A stretch of DNA of 64,000 bases from Candidatus Izemoplasmatales bacterium (GTDB lineage Bacteria; Bacillota_I; Bacilli_A; Izemoplasmatales; Hujiaoplasmataceae), in contig JBMNEZ010000001.1 in the NCBI GenBank assembly GCA_050949045.1, forward strand, positions 736,001-800,000, given 5' to 3'. The notes beneath the pieces are model-generated. The model did no database searches, was not told the DNA's origin, and saw nothing but the letters and a program-made list of their open reading frames with translations. Below, in pieces: positions 10,686 to 21,051 of the stretch. The translations under genes and the position numbers were made by a program. Each line of letters begins with the position of its first letter. Position 1 is the first letter of the stretch.

Positions 10686-10838
10686 CTTTATTCATTATAT
10701 CGCATTTGTATCTTGGAATGATACCGTTTCTAAGTTATTTTTCAGTTAATCGTCAAGAAAAACAATATCATCGATCGCGAATATGAATATGATACAACAA
10801 AAAAACGGCAGTTTGCCGTTTGTTTATCTTGGTCTTCG

Positions 10839-12098
10839 TCATTCGGTGAAACTAGCTGCGAGAGCGGCGAAACTGATGAAGGCCTCATCCCATTCAAGCC
10901 AGGTCGCAAACCAAGCGGCAGTTAGGCAACTGTCACATATGGACACGTTTGTCCCCAGAGCATTCGCGGTGATTGGAGCGCTTGTCGTATGATAAAAGGC
11001 GTTATTCAGTTCAGGTTCAGCGTTGGCAAAACCAAACAAAGAGTCGAGCACCGTCTCCTGCCCGGGTTCGGCAACGAGAGCCATCGAGCCGGCTGCGAGA
11101 AAATTATGATACTCGCCGTTCCAGGCCTCCCCCAAAAACAAACCGCTGATTATTTTTGTGCCGGCAAAAGAAAAGGCAATGTCAGTGACGATGTTTTCAT
11201 ATACTCCGTATTGTGAGAACCCCGCCAAACCACCCACCGATGCCTGGATCCCGCTGATGTCAATGGCAATGGTCCCGCTGACGTAGATGTTTTTGATCGG
11301 CAGTTTCGGATCGCCGATTATTTTGTCATAGCCGACCAGAATCCCCCCATAATGATGACCGGTCAGGCCACCGGCATAGATGCGGTAGTCTTCCGTTGCG
11401 GCGGTGATTTCGATATCAGCCTTGACATTCTCGACGACCGTGTTCGATATCTTGCCGGCAAGCCCGCCGACATAGATGAAATCTTTTCCGGAAACCTGCA
11501 ATTCGCCGCTAACCTCGACATCATTGATCTTATTGGCGACGAAATCCTTAACCTTCATCGTTTGGGTCACAGTGGCGACCGAAATGCCGGCGAGAAGGCC
11601 GGCATAGGTGTTTGAGACATTGTTGGTAATCTTGATCGAGCCTTCCGCGCGCACGTTGGAAACATCGCCGGAAAGATAGCCGGCCAAACCACCGGCATAA
11701 GTGATAAATTGGGCTGTATAATCAATAGAGAAATTCGTGAGAACGAGATCCTTAACAATGCCTTTGACGTGGGCGAAGAGGCCGTTGAAAGAATCGTTCC
11801 GCTTGGTGATCGTCAGATTGGTTATGGAGTGGCCATTGCCATCGAAAATGCCTCTGAAAGGTTTCTCGATGGATCCGAGCGGGACCCATTCGAGGCCCGA
11901 AAGATCGAGGTCTTGGACCAGAAGGTACGATTTGTTCATCTCAATTCCGATCAGATCCTCTACGGAACCGATTTCGTAAAACGTCGAAGTGTCGACGGTT
12001 GCGGGAATGGTTATGGTCGTGGTAGTTTGCCCACCGGAACAGGCAAATAATGAAACACTCAAGGCTGTAATCAGCCAAAGCAATATTTTTTTGATCAT
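10839..12098 (-). CDS. lipoprotein with GLUG-like repeats
   Basis: Lipobox LFAC; FDGNGHSI and repeated GGLAG motifs. Confidence 0.75.
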   Translation of the reverse strand: MIKKILLWLITALSVSLFACSGGQTTTTITIPATVDTSTFYEIGSVEDLIGIEMNKSYLLVQDLDLSGLEWVPLGSIEKPFRGIFDGNGHSITNLTITKRNDSFNGLFAHVKGIVKDLVLTNFSIDYTAQFITYAGGLAGYLSGDVSNVRAEGSIKITNNVSNTYAGLLAGISVATVTQTMKVKDFVANKINDVEVSGELQVSGKDFIYVGGLAGKISNTVVENVKADIEITAATEDYRIYAGGLTGHHYGGILVGYDKIIGDPKLPIKNIYVSGTIAIDISGIQASVGGLAGFSQYGVYENIVTDIAFSFAGTKIISGLFLGEAWNGEYHNFLAAGSMALVAEPGQETVLDSLFGFANAEPELNNAFYHTTSAPITANALGTNVSICDSCLTAAWFATWLEWDEAFISFAALAASFTE

Positions 12099-12133
12099 CT
12101 GTGAACTCCTAATCGACGGGGATTTGGTACGGT

Positions 12134-14770
12134 TCAAAACAGCGTTTCCTGGATCATGATTTCGTTTTCTTCCTCATCTTTTGTCTCCTCTTCCGGCATT
12201 GACTGCTTCTCTGAGCTCTTGATGATCTTCTCGAGTTCAAAGATCACATCGCTGTCAAGATCCGGCTTTTCTTCCTCCTTGGCCGTATAGTCCTTGTCTT
12301 GGAAAAGTTTGTGGAGGATTTGGTTAGCAAGTTCGGGCGTGTTTTTGTCAAGCAATAACCCTTCCGGGATTTCCGGTTTTTCAACATAGGGTATGCCGTG
12401 CTCATAACGGTCCGGCTTCAATTCCGTGCCTTTGATGAGGAGAGCGCCTTCCTTGGTCAGGATTCGGACGCTGACGAAATCCTTGAGCCGGAAGATGTTT
12501 TCCGCGACCATCCCAAGAAACTGGTAAGGGTTGGTCTTGACTTTCTTGAGGTAAAACTTTCCCTTTGCGGGCCTTCGGGATGTTTCGATGTTTTGCGCGT
12601 ACTCTCGTTTCAATGCGCCCCTGTTGGTGAGCAACAGAATCTCGTCCTTATTCAAGGACGACACATATCTGGCGCCGACAAGGGCATCATCCCGGAGATT
12701 GATCCCTTTGACGCCCTTGGCAACGAGACTCTGGATCGGAACTTCATCGTGACTGTATTTCAAAATATAGCCGTTCTCCGTCGCAAGTACGATATGAGTG
12801 TCATAAGCTTCGCGAAGATCAACTGAGACCAGATGATTGATTTTGGATGCCGGGATGGCACCATACGTCTTATTCAAGCGGATCTGCTGGAAATCCCGCA
12901 ACATTACTTGTTTGATAGTCCCCTCTTCGGTGACGAGCAATATCGCCCTATCGGCGTCGAAATCATCGACAACGATGAAATCGATAACTTCCTCATTGTC
13001 TTGCAAAGCGGCGAACAAGCCGATATATTCGCCGAGATCGCGCCATTTGGCGTCAGGGATCTTGAAAACCGGGATATTGATGTACTTACCGAAGTTCGTG
13101 AACACAAGCAAAGTGTCTTTGGTCGAAACTTCCGCCTGGCGCAAGACCCGGTCATTGGCCTTGAGACCCGGCAGTCCGTTGGTCGCAAGATAAGATTTCA
13201 ACGAAGATCGCTTGATATAACCATCGGCGGAGAGGACGACGATGACGTTTTCGTGTTGAATCAGCGCCTGCTCGTCGATCTCGATCTTTTGGATTTCATC
13301 CTGAATAACCGTCTTTCTCGGCATCGGATAACTCTCGATGAGTTTCTCGATTTCTTTCTTGATCACATTCTCCAGTTCTTTTTCATTTTGGAGGATCCGA
13401 TTCAGCGAAGCAATTTGCTTTTGTAGAGATTCAGCTTCTTGGCGCATCTCTTCGACATCCGTCGTCGACAGCCGGTACAACTGCAAAGAGACAATCGCAT
13501 CGGCTTGAACTTCGGTGAAAGCGAAGGCCTGGGACAACTTGTCGATGGCGTCCTTCTTGCCGTGTGCGGCTCTGATCGTGGCGATAACCTCGTCGAGAAT
13601 CGACACCATTTTAAGGAAGCCTTCGACGATGTGACGGCGTTTTTCGGCTCTGATCAGTTCAAAGTTCGAGCGGTTGCGGACGACTTCCTTCTGGTGAATG
13701 ATATAACTGTCGAAGATCTCGATCAGCGACATCAGCCTTGGAGACTTGTTGTCGATCGCGACCATATTGTAGTTGTAGGTCACGCTGAGATCGGTATTCT
13801 TGTGCAAATAGGCAAGAATGACATCGGTCGCGATTTCTTTTTTGACTTCGACGACGATTCTGAGTCCCTCGCGGTCCGATTCGTCTCGGACTTCGACGAT
13901 ACCGTCAACTCGGCGTTTGTTTTTGACATCGTCGATCTTGCGGACAAGATCGGCTTTGTTGACTTCATAAGGGATTTCGGTGATGATGATTTGATTGTCT
14001 TTTATCTCTGCCTTACTTCTGATGACGATCCTGCCTCTGCCGGTGGTATAGGCTTTTTCGATCTCATCTACTCCCTCAACGATCGCCCCGGTGGGAAAAT
14101 CCGGTCCCTTGATCATCGTCATCAATTCTTTGATCGTCGCATGCGGATGGTCGATCTTGTAGATCACGCCTTGAAGAACTTCAACTAGGTTGTGAGGCGG
14201 GATATTGGTGGCGTATCCGGTTGCCATTCCCATTGAGCCGTTGACGAGCAGATTGGGAAACTTCGCCGGTAAGACAACGGGTTCGAACTCCTCATCGTCA
14301 AAATTCGGGACAAAATTGACGGTCCTTTTGTCGATGTCCCGAAGCAGCATCTCGGCATAAGGAGAGAGCCTGGCTTCGGTATAGCGCATCGCGGCGGCGG
14401 GATCATTGTCAATCGAGCCGTTGTTGCCGTGCATGTCGATCAACAAAACCCCCATCTTCCAATCTTGGCTCATCCTGACCATGGCATCATAAACCGATTG
14501 GTCCCCGTGGGGGTGGTATTTACCGATGACTTCGCCGACGATTCTCGCAGACTTTTTATAGGGCTTGTCAGAGAACATCCCCAGCTGGTACATCGCAAAC
14601 AAAATCCGCCGCTGAACCGGCTTCAAACCATCGCGGACATCGGGAAGGGCCCGGTCCTGAATAATGTATTTGGCATATTTGCCGAAACGATCGCCAATGA
14701 TCGTCTCGAGGTTTTCAAAGATGATCTTCTCGTCGACGAACTGAGTGATCTTTTGTTTAGCCGATGCCAT
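12134..14770 (-). CDS. parC: DNA topoisomerase IV subunit A
   Basis: [26 protein letters not shown]; downstream of parE, plsY divergent. Confidence 0.93.
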   Translation of the reverse strand: MASAKQKITQFVDEKIIFENLETIIGDRFGKYAKYIIQDRALPDVRDGLKPVQRRILFAMYQLGMFSDKPYKKSARIVGEVIGKYHPHGDQSVYDAMVRMSQDWKMGVLLIDMHGNNGSIDNDPAAAMRYTEARLSPYAEMLLRDIDKRTVNFVPNFDDEEFEPVVLPAKFPNLLVNGSMGMATGYATNIPPHNLVEVLQGVIYKIDHPHATIKELMTMIKGPDFPTGAIVEGVDEIEKAYTTGRGRIVIRSKAEIKDNQIIITEIPYEVNKADLVRKIDDVKNKRRVDGIVEVRDESDREGLRIVVEVKKEIATDVILAYLHKNTDLSVTYNYNMVAIDNKSPRLMSLIEIFDSYIIHQKEVVRNRSNFELIRAEKRRHIVEGFLKMVSILDEVIATIRAAHGKKDAIDKLSQAFAFTEVQADAIVSLQLYRLSTTDVEEMRQEAESLQKQIASLNRILQNEKELENVIKKEIEKLIESYPMPRKTVIQDEIQKIEIDEQALIQHENVIVVLSADGYIKRSSLKSYLATNGLPGLKANDRVLRQAEVSTKDTLLVFTNFGKYINIPVFKIPDAKWRDLGEYIGLFAALQDNEEVIDFIVVDDFDADRAILLVTEEGTIKQVMLRDFQQIRLNKTYGAIPASKINHLVSVDLREAYDTHIVLATENGYILKYSHDEVPIQSLVAKGVKGINLRDDALVGARYVSSLNKDEILLLTNRGALKREYAQNIETSRRPAKGKFYLKKVKTNPYQFLGMVAENIFRLKDFVSVRILTKEGALLIKGTELKPDRYEHGIPYVEKPEIPEGLLLDKNTPELANQILHKLFQDKDYTAKEEEKPDLDSDVIFELEKIIKSSEKQSMPEEETKDEEENEIMIQETLF

Positions 14771-16713
14771 TACTCGTCACTCCTAACGCGAAAGTCATCT
14801 TCTGATTCAAAAGACACGAAAGTATCGATCCATTCTTTACGGGGCTCGACTTTGTCCCCCATCAGAACCGAAATCCGTTGTTCGGCGTCGGCCATGTCTT
14901 CGATCTTCACTTGTACTAGGGTTCTGGTCTCGGGATTCATCGTGGTATCCCATAACTGCTCGGCGTTCATTTCCCCCAAACCCTTGTATCTTTGAATCGT
15001 ATAGGTTTTGAACCGCTTGGAGATCTCCTCACGCTCGCTCTCGGTCCAAGCGTATTCCACCTGTCCGCGCTTGACACCGGTCTTTTCGATCTTGTATAAG
15101 GGAGGCATGGCGATATAGAGTTTCCCTGCTTCAACTAGTGGCAACATATAACGGAAGAAAAAAGTAATCAAGAGAACTTGGATGTGCGCTCCATCGGTAT
15201 CGGCGTCGGTCATGATGATGACTTTGTTATAATTTGCTTTCTGGACATTGAAATCGCTGCCGAGGCCGGCGCCGATCGTTGAGATGATGGTTGAGATCTC
15301 CTCGTTTTTGAGAACATCTTCCATCCGCTGTTTTTCGGAATTGATGACCTTCCCCCGAAGTGGCAGGATGGCTTGAAACAGCCGGTTGCGACCTTGTTTT
15401 GCCGAGCCGCCGGCGGAATCGCCCTCGACAAGGAATAATTCGTTGATTTTCGGGTTCTTTGACGTCGCCGGTGAAAGTTTACCCGAAAGAATCGTCTCCT
15501 GTTTGGCTACTCTTTTGACAAGCCGGGCATCTTCTCTGGCTTTTCGGGCGGCTTCCCTGGCATTGCGGGCATTGATGGCCTTCTCGATCAAAACCGAGGC
15601 AATCTGAGGATTCTCGGTCAAATAGGTGCTCATCTGGTCGATCACGACGTTTTCTACCGAAGGCCGGGCCTCGGGTGAGCCAAGCTTGTTCTTGGTTTGC
15701 CCCTCAAACTGAAGCAGATTCTCCGGGACCCTGATCGAAATAATCGCAGTCAGTCCCTCTCTTATATCCGCTCCCTCTAGGCCGTCGTCCTTTTCTTTGA
15801 TCAGGTTCATCTTGCGGGCATAATCGTTAAATACTTTTGTGAGAGCCGATTTGAATCCGGTCTCATGGGTGCCGCCGTCTTTGGTGCGGACATTATTGAC
15901 AAATGAAATCAGATTCTCCGAATAGGCGTTGGAATATTGAAAGGCGACCTCGACCTCGATATCATTCGACTTTCCCTCAAAAAAAACGGTATTGTGAGTC
16001 GGGGTCCTCTGCTGGTTGATGAAATCGACATAAGCTTTGATGCCCTCATCGTAACAATAGGTTACTCTTTGACGGGAGCGGTCGTCAACCAATTGCATTT
16101 TCAAGCCTTTGATTAAAAAGGAGCATTCGCGGATGCGCTCTTCAAGGGTTTGAAAATTAAATAGCGTTGTCGAAAAGATCGTCGGGTCGGGTTTGAACCA
16201 GACGTCGGTTCCGGTCCTTCTGGTTTCGCCGATCGCCGTCAGTTCTTTGACCTTGCGGCCGCCATTCTCGAACCGCATCCGATACAAGATGCTATTGCGA
16301 TGGACGCTCACTTCGAGAAACTCGCTCAAAGCGTTGACAACCGAAGCCCCGACACCATGAAGACCGCCAGACACCTTATAGACACTATCAGATCCGAATT
16401 TTCCGCCGGCGTGCAGTTTTGAAAAAATCACTTCGACGCCGGTGATCCCGGAAGCGTGCATATCGACAGGCATGCCTCTGCCGTCATCCATCACCAAAAT
16501 TGAGTTGTCTTCCTTGACAACCACTTTGATCATTCCTCCGTATCCGGCGAGCACCTCATCAATCGAATTGTCGATGATTTCCCAGACGAGATGGTGCAAT
16601 CCCCGGTGATCGGTGGAACCGACATACATCCCTGGACGCTTTCTGACCGCGTCAAGCCCTTCAAGGATCTGCAAAGATTGGGCGGTGTAGGTTTTTTGGA
16701 TTGGTTCGCTCAT
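14770..16713 (-). CDS. parE: DNA topoisomerase IV subunit B
   Basis: VRKRPGMY, SGGLHGVG, EGDSAGG, PLRGK, DADTDG, RYKGLGEM. Confidence 0.93.
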   Translation of the reverse strand: MSEPIQKTYTAQSLQILEGLDAVRKRPGMYVGSTDHRGLHHLVWEIIDNSIDEVLAGYGGMIKVVVKEDNSILVMDDGRGMPVDMHASGITGVEVIFSKLHAGGKFGSDSVYKVSGGLHGVGASVVNALSEFLEVSVHRNSILYRMRFENGGRKVKELTAIGETRRTGTDVWFKPDPTIFSTTLFNFQTLEERIRECSFLIKGLKMQLVDDRSRQRVTYCYDEGIKAYVDFINQQRTPTHNTVFFEGKSNDIEVEVAFQYSNAYSENLISFVNNVRTKDGGTHETGFKSALTKVFNDYARKMNLIKEKDDGLEGADIREGLTAIISIRVPENLLQFEGQTKNKLGSPEARPSVENVVIDQMSTYLTENPQIASVLIEKAINARNAREAARKAREDARLVKRVAKQETILSGKLSPATSKNPKINELFLVEGDSAGGSAKQGRNRLFQAILPLRGKVINSEKQRMEDVLKNEEISTIISTIGAGLGSDFNVQKANYNKVIIMTDADTDGAHIQVLLITFFFRYMLPLVEAGKLYIAMPPLYKIEKTGVKRGQVEYAWTESEREEISKRFKTYTIQRYKGLGEMNAEQLWDTTMNPETRTLVQVKIEDMADAEQRISVLMGDKVEPRKEWIDTFVSFESEDDFRVRSDE

Positions 16714-16821
16714 GCATCTAACCCCTTTGTATTTATTTTAATTATATCAAACTTTCGCCGTTTTTTCTGCTATTATTTGCGGAAATCATGGTATAATCAA
16801 AAAAAGTGTGGAGGTCAGTCT

Positions 16822-17484
16822 ATGTTGAAATTCGTTTTTGTCATCCTCGCCTATCTCATAGGCTCGATTCCCTTTTCGTATCTGTTTGGAAAGCTGCTTA
16901 AAGGCGAAGATATCCGCCGGCTAGGCAGCGGCAACCTCGGCGCAACCAATGCTTTCCGGGTTTTTGGAAAAATCATCGGCTTCTTAGTTCTCGTGCTCGA
17001 CACTGCCAAAGGGGCGGTCTTGATCGCCCTTTTGATCTACACCAGACTTTTTGCGGATTTTAAATTGTTTCATCCACTTGTCTATGGTTTCTCCGCCGTC
17101 ATCGGTCACATCTTCCCGATTTGGTTCAAGTTCAGCGGCGGGAAGGGCGTAGCCACATCCTTCGGGATGCTGTTGGCATACAACCCACTACTGGCGGCCG
17201 TCGTGATACCGATCTTCTTCCTGACTCAATTCTTGACCAGGTACGTTTCTGTCGCTTCGACCGTCGCTTCGCTGTTTTCGCTGGTTTATGTACTCATCTA
17301 CGTTTTGGTCAAACAGACGGACTGGATGTTTCTTATCATCACTTTTCTCACTGTGTCCTTGATCATCTATAAGCACAGAACCAACTACGCGAGGCTAAAG
17401 CAAAAAACCGAGAATCGCACTCGGCTGTTCGACTGGTACGACCGCCTATGTAAAAAAAGGAAAGTTTCGATAGAAAAACGCTAA
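16822..17484 (+). CDS. plsY: glycerol-3-phosphate acyltransferase PlsY
   Basis: YLIGSIP, GSGNLGATN, GGKGVATS, KHRTNY; ATG 16822 after GGAGG. Confidence 0.96.
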   Translation: MLKFVFVILAYLIGSIPFSYLFGKLLKGEDIRRLGSGNLGATNAFRVFGKIIGFLVLVLDTAKGAVLIALLIYTRLFADFKLFHPLVYGFSAVIGHIFPIWFKFSGGKGVATSFGMLLAYNPLLAAVVIPIFFLTQFLTRYVSVASTVASLFSLVYVLIYVLVKQTDWMFLIITFLTVSLIIYKHRTNYARLKQKTENRTRLFDWYDRLCKKRKVSIEKR

Positions 17485-17496
17485 CCGAACCACTAG

Positions 17497-17533
17497 AAAA
17501 AATACCACATCCGGGAATTGTGGTATTTTTTTT
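17497..17533. terminator. bidirectional intrinsic terminator
   Basis: AAAAATACCACA...TGTGGTATTTTTTT hairpin between convergent genes. Confidence 0.75.
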
Positions 17534-17571
17534 GATAGAAAGCCAAAACAAGGCGGAAATCAATTAGATTT

Positions 17572-19605
17572 TCAAACAAGCTTCTCGGGCTTGTGGTGAA
17601 AAAACCCTTGTTGGATCACACAGCCGAGTTCAAGCAAACATTTCCTTTGAGCTTCGGTTTCAACGCCTTCGACAATGATTTCCTTTCGGTACAGGTTGGT
17701 GATGTTTCTGATCATTTTGATAATCTCGCGGTTCTTACCGTCCTGGATTTTGGCGATGAAGAGTTTATCAATCTTGATGATATCAAAGGGTACGCTTTCA
17801 AGGATCGCAAGCGATGAGTAATCCTTGCCAAAATCATCGAGGGCGATTTGAAAACCAAGTTTTTTGTAATCTTTGATGCGTTCGATGCAGGCTTCGAGGC
17901 TGTTTACGAATGCGCTTTCGGAAATCTCGATACAAATATCCCGCGGTTTGACTGAATACTTTGAAGCCTGTTCCCGAATAAAGGTTGTGAACATCGGATC
18001 CATCAATGAGCTTGGCGCGATATTGATGGCAAGTTTCGCAGAGGGATACTCGCCGCTGTTCCTCAGGTATGCAAACTGCCTTATCGCTTCTTCGACCAAA
18101 TGCTTGTCAAGTTGTTCCACCATGTTTGCTTCTTTGGCCGCGGCAAACATTTCGACCGGCGAAATGTATCCAAGCGTGCCGTCTTTCCATCTTGCCAGTT
18201 CTTCAAGATATACAACGTTGCCGGTGAAAGCATCGATGGCTTTTTGGAAAAACACTTCCACCATACCGGTTTCAAGGGCATGTTTCAGATTGACTGATAT
18301 CGCGATGTTCTTCTTCAAAGTCTCGCCCATCGTTTTTTTATATCTGATCACCTTGAAATGGTTTTCCTGTTTGCTTTCCTTCATCGCCAGGGAAGCCAAG
18401 GATATGAGTTTCTCAAGGCTGTCCGTGTCATCGGGATAAACAGCGTAGCCGATCCGCTTTTCAATCTGGATCAGGTTTTCCTCAAGTTGATACACTTTGG
18501 GAAGATAATTGTCAAGGTTGGCGAGTTTGGTGGCGATCACGGAGTCGCTTGTCTGTTTGCCGAAGAGCATCACCACAAATTTGCTATTGGAGAAACGGCA
18601 CACCAAACAGTTTTTCCCTTCACAACGACGCAGTTGGTCGGCGATCATGACGATGATCTCATCGTGGATGCGATGACCATAAAAGTCGCTGATCTTGGAA
18701 AAATTCCAGAAATCGATAAAGAAACAAACCGCCCTATTGACGTTTTTCAACGACGCGATTTTTTCATATAGGCCTTGCTGGTTGATCAAGTTTGTCTGAA
18801 AATCGAAAGTGTGGTTGGGGTTTGTCTGTTGCTTCATGTTGATCAAATTGGTTATTTCATGGCCGGTGGCGGTAATCATGAGGACGCTTCCAAAAACATC
18901 AGTGACAGCCTCAAAATCCCAGTACAGCCATTTTTTGCCATCATTAGTTTCGACCTCGGCTGTGCTTTGCGAACGATATCTCGTCTTGATATCGGTGAAC
19001 CATTGGTCCGAATTGATCCCAAAGACATCCTGAAGCGTGGAGATGTTCTTGTTCAGAATCGATCTCTTTGACTTCAAGAATAGCTCGGATGTCGCATCCG
19101 AGACATATATGATTTTTCCTTCGATATCGATATTGACGTGATAATCGTGCTTCGTATCCCGAATCACGATATCGTCATCTTTGGAAACTTCTCTATGCAT
19201 GGTATCTTGGATGGTTGGTTTTCCAGTATGTTCTTCATCGCCACCGGTAAAGCATTGATAGCCATAAGCAACCTGATCCTCCGACCCCATGCTTCCAACG
19301 GCGCCTTCAAAGGCTCTGTCCAGTTCCACCCGGCATCGCTTAGGCCCGAAATAGATGTGCAGAAGTGGATTATGCTTGGCCAATTCGACATTTTTTTGAG
19401 AAAATTCGGTGTCGTCAGGGCTTATCCACAAGAAGAAAAGGTAGTAGAAAGTGATCGTCAAAGCGAAGAGAAGCGATGAGATCGCGGTAACGACATACGC
19501 CTCTTCGTTAGTTACATCTATCGTATGCAAAAAGACGAGAAATGCCAACATGGCAATCCCGATGACAATCCATTTGATTTCACCTATGGGAAATCTCTTC
19601 TTCAT
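17572..19605 (-). CDS. membrane PAS-GGDEF-EAL protein, probable c-di-GMP phosphodiesterase
   Basis: Two N-terminal TMs; degenerate GGDEF (RFSNSKF); EAL domain with EELARW, EISES, LDDFGKDYSSL, IKID, EGVET. Confidence 0.88.
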   Translation of the reverse strand: MKKRFPIGEIKWIVIGIAMLAFLVFLHTIDVTNEEAYVVTAISSLLFALTITFYYLFFLWISPDDTEFSQKNVELAKHNPLLHIYFGPKRCRVELDRAFEGAVGSMGSEDQVAYGYQCFTGGDEEHTGKPTIQDTMHREVSKDDDIVIRDTKHDYHVNIDIEGKIIYVSDATSELFLKSKRSILNKNISTLQDVFGINSDQWFTDIKTRYRSQSTAEVETNDGKKWLYWDFEAVTDVFGSVLMITATGHEITNLINMKQQTNPNHTFDFQTNLINQQGLYEKIASLKNVNRAVCFFIDFWNFSKISDFYGHRIHDEIIVMIADQLRRCEGKNCLVCRFSNSKFVVMLFGKQTSDSVIATKLANLDNYLPKVYQLEENLIQIEKRIGYAVYPDDTDSLEKLISLASLAMKESKQENHFKVIRYKKTMGETLKKNIAISVNLKHALETGMVEVFFQKAIDAFTGNVVYLEELARWKDGTLGYISPVEMFAAAKEANMVEQLDKHLVEEAIRQFAYLRNSGEYPSAKLAINIAPSSLMDPMFTTFIREQASKYSVKPRDICIEISESAFVNSLEACIERIKDYKKLGFQIALDDFGKDYSSLAILESVPFDIIKIDKLFIAKIQDGKNREIIKMIRNITNLYRKEIIVEGVETEAQRKCLLELGCVIQQGFFHHKPEKLV

Positions 19606-19725
19606 AAGCCCTCACACGATCCTTTGCGCGGGATAGTACCTCAATATGCCGGTGCTATTCTTTACCTCTTTCTTTTCATGTTATTATCAGAAAATTCTAT
19701 TAAAAGAATTTTGGACTACATAATT

Positions 19726-19775
19726 ATTATATAAGTAAGTAAATCCTAAAAACAGCGCGGATATGTCGTACTTTT
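19726..19775 (-). promoter_or_regulatory. 25-bp regulator box plus -10 (TATAAT) for the GGDEF-EAL gene
   Basis: Box at 19751-19775 is the exact reverse complement of 20776-20800; TATAAT at 19731-19726 lies 19 nt after the box. Confidence 0.8.
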
Positions 19776-19780
19776 ACGCA

Positions 19781-19813
19781 AAAAAAGGGGATAAGGGCAA
19801 TCGCCTTATCCTC
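19781..19813 (-). terminator. intrinsic terminator of the HTH-TPR regulator gene
   Basis: Minus strand GAGGATAAGGCGATTGCCCTTATCCCCTTTTTT. Confidence 0.8.
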
Positions 19814-19832
19814 AAATTCACTAATATGATGA

Positions 19833-20753
19833 TTATATGATATTTTTCATTAAATACTTGATGATAAAAGAATCATATGCTATCTTGAAATCCTCTTCAA
19901 TCAGCGCTGTGAATTTCTCGATTTTCTTGATATTGCCTTCCATATGAAGCACATTGTAACAACGGAACAACGCATCCTCATAAAGATTGTACTCTTCGAG
20001 TTTAAAGTGAGCAAGAGCCTTGTAGTAATAGAAATACTCCATCAAATAGTACTGCTTAAATCTGATTCCGCGCTGGATTCCGATCTCGCATAACTCGATG
20101 ACCTTGGGATTGTTTTTCTGGATCCCATGCGACTGGGCCAGCCTCATAAGGATAAGAGCGTAGATGAGATCGTTTTCGCCGCTGAGAATATTGTCCTCGC
20201 TTTCAAAAAGACTCGTCAACTTCTTAAGAAGCCTTCCCTTTTCGTCTTGATCGGCGATGCTCAAGACGAAGCTAAGAATCAAGATTTCAATGTCGGTGAA
20301 GTAGTTCTGTTTGAGAATCGCAGGGTAGTTGATTTGTTCGTACGTCCTTATCAGAGTCTCTTCTTTTGAAATCTGTCCCAGGTAGTAGCGATGCAACGTT
20401 TGAGCGTGCAAGTAATACTTTTGTCTTTCCTCGCCGAAGATCACTTCTTTGTCAAGAATCCGCTTGAGTTCTTCCAGTAGCCTTTTATCCTTGTTGACAA
20501 TGGCGCTATAATAATCATTGATAAGTTTGTACTGAGCATTGCTTTCTCGTTCAAATTCATGCATCAGTTTCTTTGCGGGAATACCGAGTTTCAAGGCAAA
20601 CTGTTCGATTTTATCGTAAGTGATCTCACATTCGCCGCTTCGATACCGTTGATATTGTCTTAATGAACACACCCCTTCGACAAACGCCTCTTGAGACATT
20701 TTTCTTCCATACCTGATCTTTTCCAGATAGTTGGAAATTTCCATCGATATCAC
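19833..20753 (-). CDS. Rgg/PlcR-like (RRNPP-type) XRE-HTH + TPR-like transcriptional regulator
   Basis: N-terminal XRE HTH (LEKIRYGRKMSQEAFVEGVCSLRQYQRYRSG); helical Tyr-rich C-terminus (YLMEYFYYYKALAHFKL); 306 aa; adjacent secreted peptide gene. Confidence 0.85.
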   Translation of the reverse strand: MISMEISNYLEKIRYGRKMSQEAFVEGVCSLRQYQRYRSGECEITYDKIEQFALKLGIPAKKLMHEFERESNAQYKLINDYYSAIVNKDKRLLEELKRILDKEVIFGEERQKYYLHAQTLHRYYLGQISKEETLIRTYEQINYPAILKQNYFTDIEILILSFVLSIADQDEKGRLLKKLTSLFESEDNILSGENDLIYALILMRLAQSHGIQKNNPKVIELCEIGIQRGIRFKQYYLMEYFYYYKALAHFKLEEYNLYEDALFRCYNVLHMEGNIKKIEKFTALIEEDFKIAYDSFIIKYLMKNII

Positions 20754-20775
20754 GAAAATTCACCTCAATTTCCTG

Positions 20776-20825
20776 AAAAGTACGACATATCCGCGCTGTT
20801 ATTGTTGGCTATTTTGGATTATCAT
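20776..20825 (+). promoter_or_regulatory. 25-bp regulator box plus -10 (TATCAT) for the propeptide gene
   Basis: AAAAGTACGACATATCCGCGCTGTT at 20776-20800; TATCAT at 20820-20825, same spacing as the other copy. Confidence 0.8.
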
Positions 20826-20850
20826 ATAGCCAAGAAGGGGGTTTTACAAA

Positions 20851-21015
20851 ATGAAAAAAATATTTAAAGTCGCAGTTATCGCATTATTCGGGCTTGCTTT
20901 GTTATCCTTTAGTTTCAAAAGCATGATGGACAAAGGTGTTGTTGGAAATGATAATCATCGCGTTGTCATGGTTGACTTCGATAACTCTGGCGATCCAGAG
21001 TATGTAGCTCGATAA
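20851..21015 (+). CDS. 54-aa secreted propeptide, putative signalling peptide precursor (not in ORF track)
   Basis: MKKIFKVAVIALFGLALLSFSFKSMMDKGVVGNDNHRVVMVDFDNSGDPEYVAR*; AAGGGGG RBS; basic N-terminus plus hydrophobic core; divergent from the regulator. Confidence 0.8.
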   Translation: MKKIFKVAVIALFGLALLSFSFKSMMDKGVVGNDNHRVVMVDFDNSGDPEYVAR

Positions 21016-21051
21016 AAGACAAAAAATTACGGATGAGGATGGTATTTCTAT

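Noticed and set aside
586..19636. Many plus-strand ORFs antisense to core genes
   Set aside because: Shadow ORFs opposite well-supported genes, with no recognisable motifs.
19606..19725. Possible c-di-GMP riboswitch in the GGDEF-EAL leader (GCGCAAAG)
   Set aside because: The upstream GGCAAAC/GAAA stem of the c-di-GMP-I motif is not present.
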